The notes: a model not told the origin generated them from the sequence alone. Counted from the stretch's first letter, positions 1-13,406 are shown. The stretch is DNA of 64,000 nt from Geosiphon pyriformis uo1 (GCA_016748015.1 JAAOMT010000633.1:9112-73111); one strand, 5' to 3'. Program-made: numbers and translations.

Positions 1-60
1 CACAGTATTGAATTAATGATTTCGAATTAACTTAAATTCTGTTTTAATTTATAATATCTA
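1..60. repeat. Terminal-inverted-repeat-like end of a DNA transposon extending left out of the window
   Basis: Bases 1-58 are the near-perfect reverse complement of 2830-2887 (gatattataagttaaaacaaaatttaagttaattcgaaatcattaacttaatactgtg). Confidence 0.55.
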
Positions 61-344
61 CATAAATTTTTTTACTGAATAAAATTTCAAAATTGATTTA
101 ATAATATTTCTTTTAAAATTTTTTTTTACTAATTATCAACTGTTAAATTATAGAATATTGGGCTCAAAAAAGATATTATTATATTAATTGAAAAAAACAT
201 TAACTTTTTAAAATTATAAAACAAAAAAATAGTTATTAAATTTGTTATTTTAAGAAACAATGAAACAAAAAATTACAAAACAGTAAATTAAAAATTATAG
301 TTAACAAAAAAATTATGATCAAAAATAGAAAAAAATAATATAAT

Positions 345-632
345 TGTTCTTAAAAACTAATTTAAATTATATTTACTGTTGTTAAAGTTTTCTTTAAGGC
401 TATTTTTGTAATTGGTTAAAGTGTTTCTTTAATTTAAAAACATAAAATATTAATAATTTTAAGTATTTTTTTTAAATAAAACAATAAAATTTTTTATTAA
501 TTAATAACAATATAAATAATTCTGATTAAAGATTATTTTTTTAATAGATTTAACTAATAAATGATAATATAATTTAAAAAATAAATACAAATAAATTTTG
601 TGTTAAATTTATAACAATAATTTAATTTTTTT
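345..632 (-). mobile_element. Highly decayed fragment of a family-alpha LTR
   Basis: Colinear with ~5315-5600 and ~14725-15005 (e.g. aaggctatttttgtaattg, acaataaaat.tttattaattaataacaatataaataat); most C/G are replaced by T/A. Confidence 0.65.
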
Positions 633-1832
633 GATTAATTAAAAATTTATTCTAATAAAATTAGAACCAAAATAAAAGCTGTTTTTTTATATATATTAAA
701 ATTACTATATATATATATATGTTTTTAATTTTATAAAATATTATTTTTAATAATTTTAAATAGTATTTACAGCTATTATATTATAATATTTATTGTTATT
801 ATAAAAAACAAATTTTTTAATTATTATGTAATAAATTTGTAAATTTTAGATTAAATTTTACAAAATTTATTTTAATATTTTTTAAAGTTATTAGTTAATT
901 TTTAAACAATTTTTTGGCAAAATTTTTCAATATTTATTAATAAATATTAAGATAATTTTATAATTATTATTAAAATTTGGTCAAAATATTTAATTTTTAT
1001 TAAAAATCTATAATATATTAAGATTATTTTGTTAAGAAAAAATTTTCAAAATTTTCAAAATTTTATATATTGATTATTATTATTATTATTTACTATTATT
1101 TTAATATATATATATATTAATTTTTTTGATTATAGTATTATCAAGTTTAAATAATTTTCAATTAAGAAACTTTTAATTTTAAAAAAAGTTTTTTTTTTTG
1201 GAAATCAAATTCTTATTTAAAGAATATTTTTTTAAATATTTTTTTAAAAGTTACATATGAATTTAAAAAAAAAGTTTTAAATATATATTTTAAAATTGTA
1301 CTTTTTATAAATATTTTTATTTAAAAACTTTTTATTCGTTTTACAATAAAATATATTTTCAAATATTAATGATTATAATTAAAACAGAAAAAATATACTA
1401 TTTATTATATAAAGATTTATAATTATTTATTAAAAAAATAAAGATAAAATGATATAATGATAAATTTTTTTCTTGTTTTAAATTAAGACAACGTTAAAAA
1501 TAAATTATATTATTTGAAAATTTGAAAATTTTAATTAATTTAATTTGTTTGAATTAAAAATTTATAACTTGGTAGTTTTTTTTTTTAAATTGCCAATTCG
1601 AGCATAAACAATTAAAACTATTGTAATTAGTTGATTAATATTTTATTTTGTTGTAAATTTTAAGAAATTATATTCCTTTGGATTGATAATATTAGGAATA
1701 TAATAAATCATATGAAATAATTTAATAATAATTAATAATTTACTATATTTCACTTAATAATAATAATAATAATTCTTATGTTAAAAGGTTTTTATTATTC
1801 TTGAATAACGTTCCATCAAGCAACATACATTG

Positions 1833-1871
1833 ATGGATTGATTGATTGATTGATTGACTGATTGATTGATT
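1833..1871. repeat. (GATT)n microsatellite
   Basis: gattgattgattgattgattgactgattgattgatt. Confidence 0.85.
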
Positions 1872-2390
1872 TAGATGGTATAAAAAATATGGTAAATTGA
1901 AAATAAAGAAAAATAATAATAATTCAAAATTACCAATAAAAGTTATTAATAAACTTTTTAAGGAGGTATATTTTTATTGGTTTAAAAATTTATTTTATAT
2001 GGAGACTTGCGAAAATACTTAAAGATCGATGGGCTATAGCGTTTAGAATTCATTCTATTGGGTATAGTTCAATTGTGACCTATAGTCGGGCAATATTTTA
2101 TATAATCAAGATTGGGTAGGAATTTATAATCTCGGATTAAATTAAACTTGAAGGGAAAATATTATTTTTTTAGGTTTGAGAGAATACTTTATAATAAATT
2201 GATAAAGGAATGAATGAATGATTAATTAATTAATTAATTAATTAATTCAACAACATTATTATTATTAATATAATTTAAAATTATAATATAATAAAGGTTA
2301 TCTAAGAATATATCCTTTATGAAAAGATTCACCAAGTGATTAACATGATTATTACAAATGGGAAATGAAGATAACCGATCACGATTAGAT

Positions 2391-2824
2391 TCATTTAGAC
2401 TCGTCTAAATATATTATATATATAGCAAAATAAATAAGTGTTAAAAAATAGCATATCCATAAATTTTATATTCAACCTTTTTTAAATTCTTACCTTTAGG
2501 TAAATAGACTAATTCTTTTAAAATAGAATAGTAAAGTAAATTAAAGTAAATTTTTAATATACTGTATAATAATTAAATCAATGAATTAATCAATGTAAAA
2601 ACTCTAATAAATTAAATAAACTAACCTTTAGAAAAATCAATCATTTCCAAAGTTAAAACACGACTTGTATAAACTGCTCCTGGATGAATACGAGTTGACG
2701 TTCTCGTTGTTGATTGATTTGTTGTCACTTTCTGCCATTTCTTTTAAGTGTTTATCTGATTCTCTAAACTGAAGACTTATAGTTTTAAACTCTTCTATCA
2801 TTGAAACTTCATCTTTATCTTTTA
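2391..2824 (-). pseudogene. 3' exons of a truncated host gene, probably the C-terminal tail of a Glomeromycotina tyrosine-kinase-like protein
   Basis: The minus strand reads ...ISLQFRESDKHLKEMAE/(frameshift)VTTNQSTTRTSTRIHPGAVYTSRVLTLEMIDFSK. It continues through a GT-AG intron, a 15-nt microexon (2494-2508), a second intron and a last exon (2391-2404) with TGA. QF.E...HP.A.YTSR.L resembles the tail motif I recall for the expanded AM-fungal TKL kinases. CpGs are retained, unlike in the flanking repeats. Confidence 0.6.
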
Positions 2825-2890
2825 CAGCCGATATTATAAGTTAAAACAAAATTTAAGTTAATTCGAAATCATTAACTTAATACTGTGTTA
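2825..2890. mobile_element. Left terminus of a putative Tc1/mariner-like DNA transposon inserted at a TA in the kinase-like exon
   Basis: TA|CAGCCGATATTATAAG... begins exactly where the coding-like sequence stops. It is an inverted copy of 1-58. No transposase is recognisable downstream. Confidence 0.45.
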
Positions 2891-3540
2891 ATTTCGAATC
2901 AACTTAACCAATTATATTATTTGGTTATTTAACTAGTAAAAAGTTTTCTTTTTATTAGCCAATAAAAAATCAAAGTTTTGATATTTAACATGTTTTTTTA
3001 TGGCTTTTTAATATTATTTATTATTAATAAATTATAAATAACTTACTAAAAAAACGTTTTCTGATCTTTTTAAAAGCTATTTATTAACTAAAAATAAAAA
3101 AAAACAAGCCAAAACTTTGCTTTTTTAAAATTACATAAACCAATACATTAAGATATTAAAAAATATCTCTAAAGAAAAAAACTTCGATTTTATATTGTAC
3201 AAGTCAAAAGGCAAGATATATTTTATTATAAAAAAACAAAAAAACCAGTCTGTTTAAAAGAAAATTATATAAAAAACTATGTATATTTTATTTAGAAATA
3301 GAACATAGAGGAATAAACAAAACTTATAACATGGTATATAATATTAATTTAATTTTTTATATAAATAAATATTGTTATTAGAGATTTTTTTATTCTTTTT
3401 TTAATGTTGTTAATACTATTTTGTTTTTAATTTTGTTATTGATAAAAGTTAATAAATTTTTAATAAGCTAATTTTTTTTAAAGTATTTCTCTATACTTTA
3501 AACTATATATATTATTGGGCTTATAATAGAATGACCAATT

Positions 3541-3670
3541 ATTTGTATAATTATTTTGTAGCAAAAATCAATTTTTTTACAAAATAATTTTGTTTGTAAG
3601 TTTTTCAAAAATGTGTATAATTACTTTGTTGTAAAAGTCAATTTTTTTACAAAAAATTTTGACTATAAAC
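3541..3670. repeat. Imperfect ~70-bp tandem duplication
   Basis: at(t/g)tgtataatta.tttgt.g.aaaa.tcaatttttttacaaaa.aatttt occurs at 3541 and 3611. Confidence 0.75.
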
Positions 3671-5139
3671 TATCTAATAATATAAAAGAAAATAAAAGAA
3701 AATAAACTAAAAAAAAATAAGAAAATGTATTAAAAAAGTTCTTTTGGATCCAAATCTAAAAGTTATTAACAGTTTACTAAAATTAATAGCTAATTAATTT
3801 CAAAATATTAATATAAAATGATTAATTTCGAAGCTATAATAATTAAAAAATTTTATGTTTTTAAGTAAGTTTTATTAAAGTTGATTTGTAAAAAAAATTT
3901 TTTTAAGAAAAAGTATTTGATAAATAATAATTCTAAATTAAGATATATTTTTTTAAAAAAAGAAGCTTTTCTTTTATACAATTTATTGTAATACTATTTT
4001 ATGATTTAGCACTTTTTTTTCTAATATTTAATAAATTAAAGATACATTTTGTTAAATTACAAATTATTTTGGTAAACTATAAATTATTTTAATGAACTGT
4101 TTAATATATTACATAATTTAATTATTACAATTTGGTTATATTTGTGTTCTCTACAAATTAGATTATTAATTAAATAATAAATTGGATAATTTAATAAGAT
4201 AATAAGTAATAAATTAAAACAATAATATATACCAATTAATAATAATAATTATAGAAATAATTTCATGCTAATTAATATTTTAAATTTTAGTTAATAATAA
4301 TATTAATAATTTTTTATTTATAAATTAAATATAAATATGCTTAAATGCTTAAAAATTTAATAAATTGTTTTGTTTTTGCTGTATTAAATATATTATATAA
4401 TAATTTTTAGTTTAACCAATAATTGCAAATTTGATTTTAGTAAAAGACTTCATATATTATTTATAAGTAAACTTAATTAATATGTACAATCGACCAGATA
4501 ATTTTTATAAATATATCTGTTATGTTTGGGATTATTTTACAAAGTTTTTTTATATTATAACTCTTTTTTTTAAAGAAGCAAAAAATAGCAAGCTTTCTTT
4601 TTCAATTTTTTACCACATTTAGACTTTTAACTATTTTTTAAACCAATAATAAAAAAGAGTTTACAGTTAATATAATTAGAAAATTAACAAAAATATGATC
4701 AATTATTTTTATTATAAATAAATACTCAAGATATTTTTAATTTCAAAAATTAATTAAATAAGCAAATAATATATTTCAACAAAAATTTTCAAAATAATTA
4801 CTAATTTATTTTTATATTTAAATATAATAAACATAAAAGTTTTTATAATTATTAACTTTTTATCTTATCAAATAGTGGTTGAATAAAAATTTTACATAAA
4901 TTTTTTTTTTTGAATTTTTTTTTGAACAATCAATTATTTAAGAAGAAAATCTTTTTAATAACTTAAATATAAAGCCAGCTAATAAAAAACCAATTCAACA
5001 AAAAATTAAAAACAATAATAACTAGCAATAAAACAAGTTACAACAACAAGATAATCAGTAATAGCAATAAAATAAATAATGACAAAATAACCAACAGCAA
5101 CAAAAGCAACAAAATAATAGATAACAAGATAATTAGCAG

Positions 5140-5650
5140 TGTTATAAAATGATTTTCTTGATTATTTTAATTGACAATATCTTATTTTAATTGCAATCAG
5201 TCTTTTATAAGTTCCTCAATTCTATTTGTGTAATAATATTGATATTTATACTAAAGACTTTCTTTTGATGTCATATTTTTTAATTTTAATTGTTGTATAT
5301 ATTTATGTATTTTTTCTTAAAAGCTAAACTGAAATTTATCCACTGTTTGGAATCTTTTTTGAGGCTATTTTTGCAATTGTCTAATGTGTTACTTTAATTT
5401 AAAAATACAGAATATTAATAGTTTTTAGCACTTTTTCTAATTTTTACAATAAAGTTTTTATCAATTAGTAATAATATAAATAATCTTGATCAGAGATTAT
5501 TTTTTTAAGAGATTCAGCCAATAAATAATAGTTTTATTTAATAAATAATACAAGTAAGTTTCTTAATATATTGAGTTGTAATAATTCAGTTTTTAATATT
5601 TTTTCATTTTTTTTTATTAAAAATTTTTGTGAATATTTATTTTAAAAGTA
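5140..5650 (-). mobile_element. L0: family-alpha LTR interrupted by element E1
   Basis: Starts tgttataaaatgattttcttg and is colinear with 14539-15065. Homology stops abruptly at tttaaaagta (5650), where the E1 LTR begins. Confidence 0.85.
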
Positions 5651-5651
5651 G

Positions 5652-6307
5652 AAACTTGGTTAAAACTCATATTTTTTATTAGTTAACACATATATTAGCC
5701 ACTAATATCATATAATTAGCCACTCTATTTTTAGATAGTGATTATTGACCTAGCTGTTGACTTGATTATTGACTACTTTTGAGAAGTATATAAGCAATAA
5801 AACTCTTAGCTATAGAAAAGCATGTCAAAAATCAAGGAAATAAAATAAATAAAATAACAACTTTTATCTCAATTCTTCTCTTATTGCTAATTTCTCTTTT
5901 TCTACCTTCAAGTATCTGAATATCTTGGGATAAAAAATTATTTGTTGATTATTCTCTACCTTTTTTCTAAAATGTATAATTGTAGTATTTGAAGATTATT
6001 GAATAAAACATGACTGAAGAGTATATTTGATATCTAATATTGAATTCTAAGAGCACCAATATAAGGCATAGAATTATACTAGTGTGTGATCATTTGTTGA
6101 CAGTATGAACTATTTCTTTACCTTTAGATTTTCTGGTTATCTTTTAAAAAGTATAAAAACTAAGATATTTTATAAGACTAATTTCGCACATTGAATCCAT
6201 ACTTATTTAATTTGCTCTTTAAAGTTGAATTCTCTTTGATTCTTTTTATCACCTTATAATCCTGTTTTCTCTTGCTATCTATTAGCTTATTATTCTAACT
6301 TGTAACA
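5652..6307 (+). repeat. E1 5' LTR (left boundary approximate)
   Basis: tggttaaaactcatattttttattagttaacac (5657) matches tggttgaaacttatactttttattagttatcac (12607). Ends TGTAACA. Confidence 0.75.
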
Positions 6308-6419
6308 TAAAAGTAGTGCTTTTTGTGAAATTGTTAAAATTCACTTTGTTTTCTATTATATAAGTAATTATTCATATCTGCTACAACAATCAAAAAATTA
6401 CTTTGAAGCATACAACAAA

Positions 6420-9400
6420 AATGATCTAGATTTTATTGAACTCAATCTTTTGCTCTTTTGCTTAATTTGCTTCTCCATTGAAAAACAATCTAGTAGACAA
6501 TTCCAAAACTTTTGGAACTGGTTTCTGAATGAACATTTAGCTGAAACCTATACAGCTTATACAACCTATTATTTTAACCAAGCTTATTTTGAAAACAACT
6601 TTGAAGAAAAAAACAACAGCATTAATTAACTTTTATATTTCACAACTTTTGAACAACAGCTCTCTGATTTCGAATACTTAAATCACCAAATTCACATGTA
6701 GATTACTGTCCACCAATTAGCTGAAACACCTTTTGAAACAGAAAAAGAAAGCTATTAAACCACTCCTGTTTTTGATCTTTTTCAAGTGAATTAAAACATT
6801 TCACACAAACAGCTACTTCTAAATTAATAGCTAATAACCCTATACAACAAACCATTCTGATTGCTCTCCAGAGTATACAAACTACATTAGGGTAAAGAAA
6901 CAATACCTCATTAGTATTATTTAAAGGTAATATATAAGATCAAATTAAATAGTTAGATGATTTTGAAAGAGCTACTACAGCCAATTAATATAATAATAAA
7001 TACAAGTTCCAAATAGTTGGTGGCTACTTTCAAGGCTTTTTTGCTACTTGATTCTCACAAAAAACCAATACCAATGCTCAGCAAAAAATCATTAGATGGT
7101 CACCAGCAAATGCTAAAAAAAACAACATTTCTTTTACTATCTGGTTTAAAATAAAATTTAAAACTTCTATCTTAATATCCAAATGGCACATAGAATTAGA
7201 AAAAAAAATGCAAAGTTCTGGTAAAGTTGTAATTGAATATGCCAAAGCAATCAAAAAGTTAATCAAGAGGATAAACTCTAAAAGAAATTGAACAGAAAAG
7301 CAAAAAATTCACTTCTTCACAAAAGAATTAAGAACTAATCTTTTATATGCTTTTTGGCTTCTGGCCCTGAAAAACAATTTCATAATAAATATGGCCCAAC
7401 AAATTGAAGACAACCAAAAGATGCACTTGGAATTCACATTTCTAGTTTTTGCTCTTGCTCTTCAAATGGCTGCCACTTTTTTTGCTGCCCAAACTTCAGA
7501 TCCCAATAAACAATTGATAGATAGACTCACAGCCAATCTTGTCTGGTTACTAGAACTCTTAGCACAAGCAGTCAGAGATAATCAGCAACTACAAAGACCC
7601 AAATTTGAATTCCATTTTAATCAGCTTTAACAACCCTCTTATCAAAGACAACAAAATTGTGGCCTATCTGTATGTTATTGCTGTGGATTAACTGAATATT
7701 TTTCCAAAGATTGCAACAATTTTTCTTTACCTTCTTTAGTTCTCAGAAACAATAATAATTAAAACAACAAAATTATTAACAATAATGTCTCTAATCAAAA
7801 ACCCAATCATGTCAACATAAATTTCTTTAAAGAAGATCCCTTAGTTAAAGTCATTGTTTATAAGCCTTTAAACTGATAAGTACACTTCCAAAAAGTGAGA
7901 GTGCAAGCCAACCAGAAAAAAACCTTTTTTACACTTTTAATTTAACTGATAATAATTATGACATAGATAAACTAACAATCAACACTTCTGAATCAACAAA
8001 AAAAAAGAAAAAAACCAAGATTGATTTCGTTCTGGATCCAAATAAAGCATCTATATCAACTATTAAAAACAATAAACCACCAAAGACTAAAGTTTTTAAG
8101 AATTCTCCAAAATTGAAATCCCCAGAAATAGTACAAAAATCTGGTCCTTATTCTGTTGTTAAAAATCTTATGAAAACCCCAGCTCACATTACTTTTGGCC
8201 AGCAAATGACCCATCCACAATTCAAAAAAGATCTTTACAAATTTTTAATTCTAAAAAAGAAAACACCAAAAACCAACAAGTGTATTTACCAAGCTAAACT
8301 CGCTAACAACAGCAATGTTACTCCTCTAATTTGCAAAGCACAAGTGGCTGGCTACTTTATTAATTTAATCTTAAACAGTGGATCATCTGTTAGTGTTATT
8401 GCCAAACATTTTTTTGAAGCAATTGGCAAAAAGATTAATGAATTCTTAATTAGATCAATAACTAATGTACATAGCAGCAAAAAAAAAAAACTGAGTATAA
8501 CCAAAGCAGTTTCTGTTCACATCAATGACATCAGCATTGAAACTAACATAAAAGTATTTAAAGCAAAAAAGTACACCATAATTGTTAGCAATAAGTGGCT
8601 CAAAAAAACCAAAGCACTACTTGACTATAAACTTTGTAAGCTAACCATCAGATGTGGTAAGAAGCCTATTGTGGTTAAATAATGTTATTGAACAACTTTT
8701 TTAGTACCCAAGAAGAATCAAGAAAATGAGCAATTAGATGAATCAGATAATGATAAGAGTAATAAAAAAGAAAATCAAAAAAAAACAAGAGAAAACTGCT
8801 GAACTTGCTTATATTATTTTCACCAGTAATGGCAAGCCACTAGACAATATTAAAGCTGACAGAAAAGAAATCATTGTAAATGACAAGCTAATCTGCTGGC
8901 TCTACTATGATATTCTCAGAAAAATCTTTGATAGAAAGCCTGACAAGAAAGCAAAATACAGTTATTGGTGATATGGTCTTTGTGCCTGGTGCTGGTGTAA
9001 TAAACTCTTGTATTCTCCTAGTGATAAATACAAATTCTGCCTAATTTACTACAAAGATTGGGAACTCATTAGCCTAATATTAAGAGAAGAATTAAGAAAA
9101 GTACAAAAGTTTTTTGAAAATGAACCATCTGAGATTCAATCACTTACAGTAAAACAAAAAAAACTCTTTTCTGAAGAAAAAAAAGTGGACATTGAAAATC
9201 TGTTGGCTAGAAATAGTCTAATTATCACAAAAAAAGATGAAACTTTTGGACAAATCCATGTAATACAACACATTATTACCACCAAAGAAACTTGTTCTAT
9301 CCATTTGAAGTCTTATTAATCCAATTGACCCAATAATGAGTTCATTAAAAAAGAAATAATCCAAATAAAAAATCTTAAATTTATACAAAAAACCAAGAGT

Positions 9401-10557
9401 GAATAGACTTTTTCAGTTGTAGTGGTATTTAAGAAAGATGGAACCCTATGCTTTTGTGTCAAGTATCACCAATTAAATATCATTACTATAAAAGACATAT
9501 ACTTATTCTCCAAAATTGATGCAATGTTAGACAAATTTAATGGTGCTACTTTTTTCTCAATTATTAACTTAACTGCTGAATTTTGGCAAATAGAGATGGA
9601 TCCAAAAAGTAAAAAGAAAACTGTTTTCATTACCAAGTATGATATTTACAAATTCACAGTCATGTTTTTTGGTCTTACCAATGCTCTTCCTACCTTTTAA
9701 TACCTAATGAACAAAGTATTTGAATTAATAAAAGAAAACTTTGTTCTGGTCTATTTGGACGACATAATAGTATACTCAAAAACCTGGGATAAATACTTTA
9801 AACATTTGCAAAAGATTTTTGATCTCCTTAGAAATGCTGACCTTAAGATAAACCCAATTAAATTTTTTTTTAAACAACAGTCCACCCAGTTTCTTGTTAT
9901 TTTATTACAAAAGATGGAATCTTCTCTGATCCAACCAAAGTTGAAAAAATCCAAAACATTAAACAACTCATGAATGTTCTTGAACTATGCTCTTTTCTTA
10001 GTTTGGCTTTTTAATATCACAAATTTATTAAGAATTTTTCTAAAATCGCTTTCTCTTTTAATTAGCTACTCAGAAAAAATGTCAATTATCATTAAAGCAC
10101 TTATTAACAAAAAGCTTTTGAAACTTTAAAGAAAAAACTTGTTACTAAACCAATCCTTAAACAACTTGACTTGGACCAATCTTTTATTCTGCACATTAAT
10201 ATATTTGGCTATAGACTTGGCACTATTCTCTTTCAAAAAAATGAAGATAACAGAAAATATACTATAACATATGTCAGTAGAACTCTCATACCAGCAGAAA
10301 AAAACTATTTAGTTACTAAACAAAAATGCTTAGCAGTAGTTTGGGCTACTAGTTACTAGAACCAATATTTTTTTGGTGTAAAATTCCTAGTAGTAACAGA
10401 TTATCAAGTCTTGGTTTGGCTATACAATAAAAAAAAATTAGAATATAAATGAATAACTCACTGAATATTTCACTTGGATGAATTTGACTATAATATTTAA
10501 CACTACAAAAAAGCAAATTATTAAAATGCCAACACTCTCTTTAGACTTACCATCTAA
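6420..10557 (+). pseudogene. gag-pol: E1 ORF1: Gag-protease-RT-RNase H (start approximate; many stops)
   Basis: Capsid-like LDDFERATTAN (~6950), knuckle CYCCGLTEYFSKDC (7672), protease LILNSGSSVSVI, RT FGLTNA and YLDD (9752), RNase H EKNY...CLAVVWA. Ends NANTLFRLTI* at 10557. Confidence 0.85.
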
Positions 10558-10623
10558 TAATAGTACAATTTTTCAATCAAACTAACTTAATTATTTATAA
10601 TACTCTTATAAATAAACATAAAA

Positions 10624-11912
10624 ATAGACTTGGACAACTACTTTGCTTTAATAAAATTTTTGGGTAAAGAACAATACCCACCAAAATACACTTAACAGCA
10701 AAGAGAACATTTGTGCAAACAATCAAATTTCTATTTGATTTGCTAAAACCAATTATATAAAAGAAATAAAAAAGATCTTGACCACTCTCAAAGAGTTATT
10801 AGATTTGAAGAAAAAGAAATTGTAATATATAATATGTATACTGACCCATTAGCTAAATACTTTAGAAAAACAAAAACAATACAGAAAATTTTAGCTTACT
10901 ATTATTGGCCTATCTTGAAAAAAAACATAGCTGAATATATCAAAACCTGTAATACCTACCAAAGAAGAGAAAAACCCAATTACAAAGAAAATATCCATCC
11001 AATTTCTGTTGGTCAACTATTTAACAGAATTAGTATAAATGTTGTTGGATCCTTAATAATAACTCTTAATAGCAACAGATATATTATTACAGCTACTGAC
11101 TATTTTACAAAATGAGTAGAAGCAAGAGTCACTCCAGACCAAACAGTAGTATTAATCGTCAATTTCATATATGAAGATATTATCTGCTATTATGACTGTT
11201 CTAAAAACTTGTATCTAATAAAGGAAGAGTTTTTTTTAGTACACTAATTGAAAAACTTTGTAGAAAAATGAAAATATGTCATAAACTTTTTTCTTTTTAC
11301 CACTTTTAAACAAATAGCCTATTAGAATATTTTAATAGAACACTATGTAAAACCTTAGCCAAAACCAGTAAAGAAACAAATTTATGAGACAAAATACTGC
11401 CTTTAGCTTTGTTTGTTTATAGAACTGTAAACTATAACATAACAAGTTATGAATTTTTTTATCTGCTCTATAAATACATGGCAATACTACCAATAGAAAC
11501 TAACATTAAAACAATACTCTTTGAAGAAATTACAATAAAGAGTTATAAAGACATTTTACAAAAAAGACTTGGTATTATTTTTGACTCATTGGTAGAAGCA
11601 CAAATAATTGTCTTTAAAAAAATAAAACAATTCCAAGAAAAGCTTAAGGAAAAGAAAACTTATAAAACACTTTCTTTAAGTGTTGGTAACTTAATATTAA
11701 AATACTATTCAGACAAAAACAATGTCTATGATAATAAATTTTCTAGCTGATAGAAAGAATCTTTTTTAGTCAACAAAGTTTTAAACAAAGATTTTTATAT
11801 TCTTCAAGATTAATTCAGAACAATCTTCAATGATTATTCTGTTCATAATACATGACTTAAGAAATATTATAAATAATCTGATTGGTTGTCTGTTGTAGTA
11901 ATACTGATTTAA
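10624..11912 (+). pseudogene. int: E1 integrase, separate ORF
   Basis: YYWP...IKTCNTYQ, FNRISINVVG, ATDYFTK(W) and a GPF-type C-terminus. The presumed start ATG is decayed to ATA at 10624. Confidence 0.8.
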
Positions 11913-11932
11913 ATAATCAGCAAAAATCAAGT

Positions 11933-12583
11933 ATAAATAAATGCACTATTCTCAAAACAGAGATATTTTCAATTGACATAAATAATTATTTCCTAGATCA
12001 AAACATTCAAAACACTTTCTATACTCTCCATGAATATTGAATTAAAAACTATCCAAATGCTATTTTGACTATTAAAAAACTGACCACCATAATTAATAAC
12101 AATGAAACACATATTGTTATTAGACTTAAAAAAACCATTACTAGAAGAGAAAAAATTGGTAACAAAATAAATAAATATCTGTTAAAAAGTATAACAACAG
12201 CTATACTCCCACTTTTTAAAACAATTGAAAAAACAATTCAAGAAATCTTGCCCATAGACAAAAATTTGTCATATGAAAGACAATTAGAACTCTATAGTTG
12301 CTTTGGTGAAATTATAGAGAACATAAAACTAATAAAAAAACAACTTTAGAGATACAGAAAAAAATTTTGGGCATTATATGATTAGATGTTCCAAGAGTTT
12401 TAACTATTGCTAAAAGAGCCAAAACTCTAATACAAAAATTTGGTTTCTTGAATACAAAACTCATTTCATCTCAAATATTATATACCTTATCTATCAAAAA
12501 CTTTAATAAACTAGTTAGTTTTGAATTAAACAAACTCTTCAAATAAATTATCCCATAAATAGCTTGATTTTGTCAGAGCTTAA
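11933..12583 (+). pseudogene. E1 ORF3, unknown accessory protein
   Basis: Open segments (e.g. 12065-12349) lie between IN and the PPT. It ends ttt gtc aga gct taa, a decayed F-x-G-A-Q motif shared with the other families. Confidence 0.6.
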
Positions 12584-12639
12584 TTTCTTTGGAGAGGATA
12601 ATATTATGGTTGAAACTTATACTTTTTATTAGTTATCAC

Positions 12640-13406
12640 TATTACTCATAAAAAAAAACATACAAAAAAATAGTAGGAAAAATAGATAAACCAATAAAAA
12701 AATAGTAGTTAATATGTAAGCATATTGCTTAAGAAATTATAGCGTATTGCTTAAAAATGTGAGTGATCTTAAAGAACTCAAATTATGTATATATAGCAAG
12801 AGCATTAAAAGCAAAAAAGACAGAATCTTCAGCTAAAATTAATATCAAGATCAAGTAAAAACATATTAGTTAAAATTATTAATATCAATAAATAATTATT
12901 CACTATCTAAATTACTCTTCCCACTATTAACACTTTATGTTGATAGTCTTTGATACTTAATTACACTAGATCAATAGCTCTTGATCATAGCTATTAATGG
13001 AATACTAACTCTTTATTGTCTTGGCTTATTTCTTTATTTTCTTTATTTTTTTATTTTATTTTTTTTTCTTTTGTTTTATTTACTAATTGATTAAAGATTA
13101 ATATATAGAGTTATTAATGTCAAAGTAACTGGTAAAAGACTCAAAAATAAGGGTAAAACATTCAAGAATTGAGGATATCTTACCAAAAAAATTACTGGCC
13201 ATTATACTGAAAAATAAATTTGATGAAATTGCAATTCTGAGAAGTGATAGATAAAACAATACTTGAATTTCTGTCCATTATACAAAGAACTTAACTAAAA
13301 CCTTCAGACAACCAAAACCTTCAGATAATACCAATCATATCAAACTATTGAGCATTAAGTTACAGGTTTGTTATTTAATTTGAGATCCCAAATATTATTT
13401 GTAACA
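12640..13406 (+). repeat. E2 5' LTR (767 bp)
   Basis: tattactcata...tgtaaca; the TATA-onward part is homologous to the E4/E5/E7 LTRs. PBS at 13409-13425. Confidence 0.85.

Larger units (their letters stand above)
5652..12639 (+). mobile_element. E1: decayed Ty3/Gypsy LTR retrotransposon, family gamma (no dUTPase); 3' LTR interrupted by E2
   Basis: 5' LTR ends tgtaaca at 6307, followed by a PBS-like site, gag/PR/RT/RH/IN remnants and a PPT at 12591-12601. Bases 12602-12639 repeat the start of the 5' LTR. Confidence 0.85.

Noticed and set aside
2890-5139. Transposase or host gene in the AT-rich stretch, including the CAA-rich segment 4980-5139
   Set aside because: No ORF of 60 aa or more and no recognisable motif; too decayed to call.
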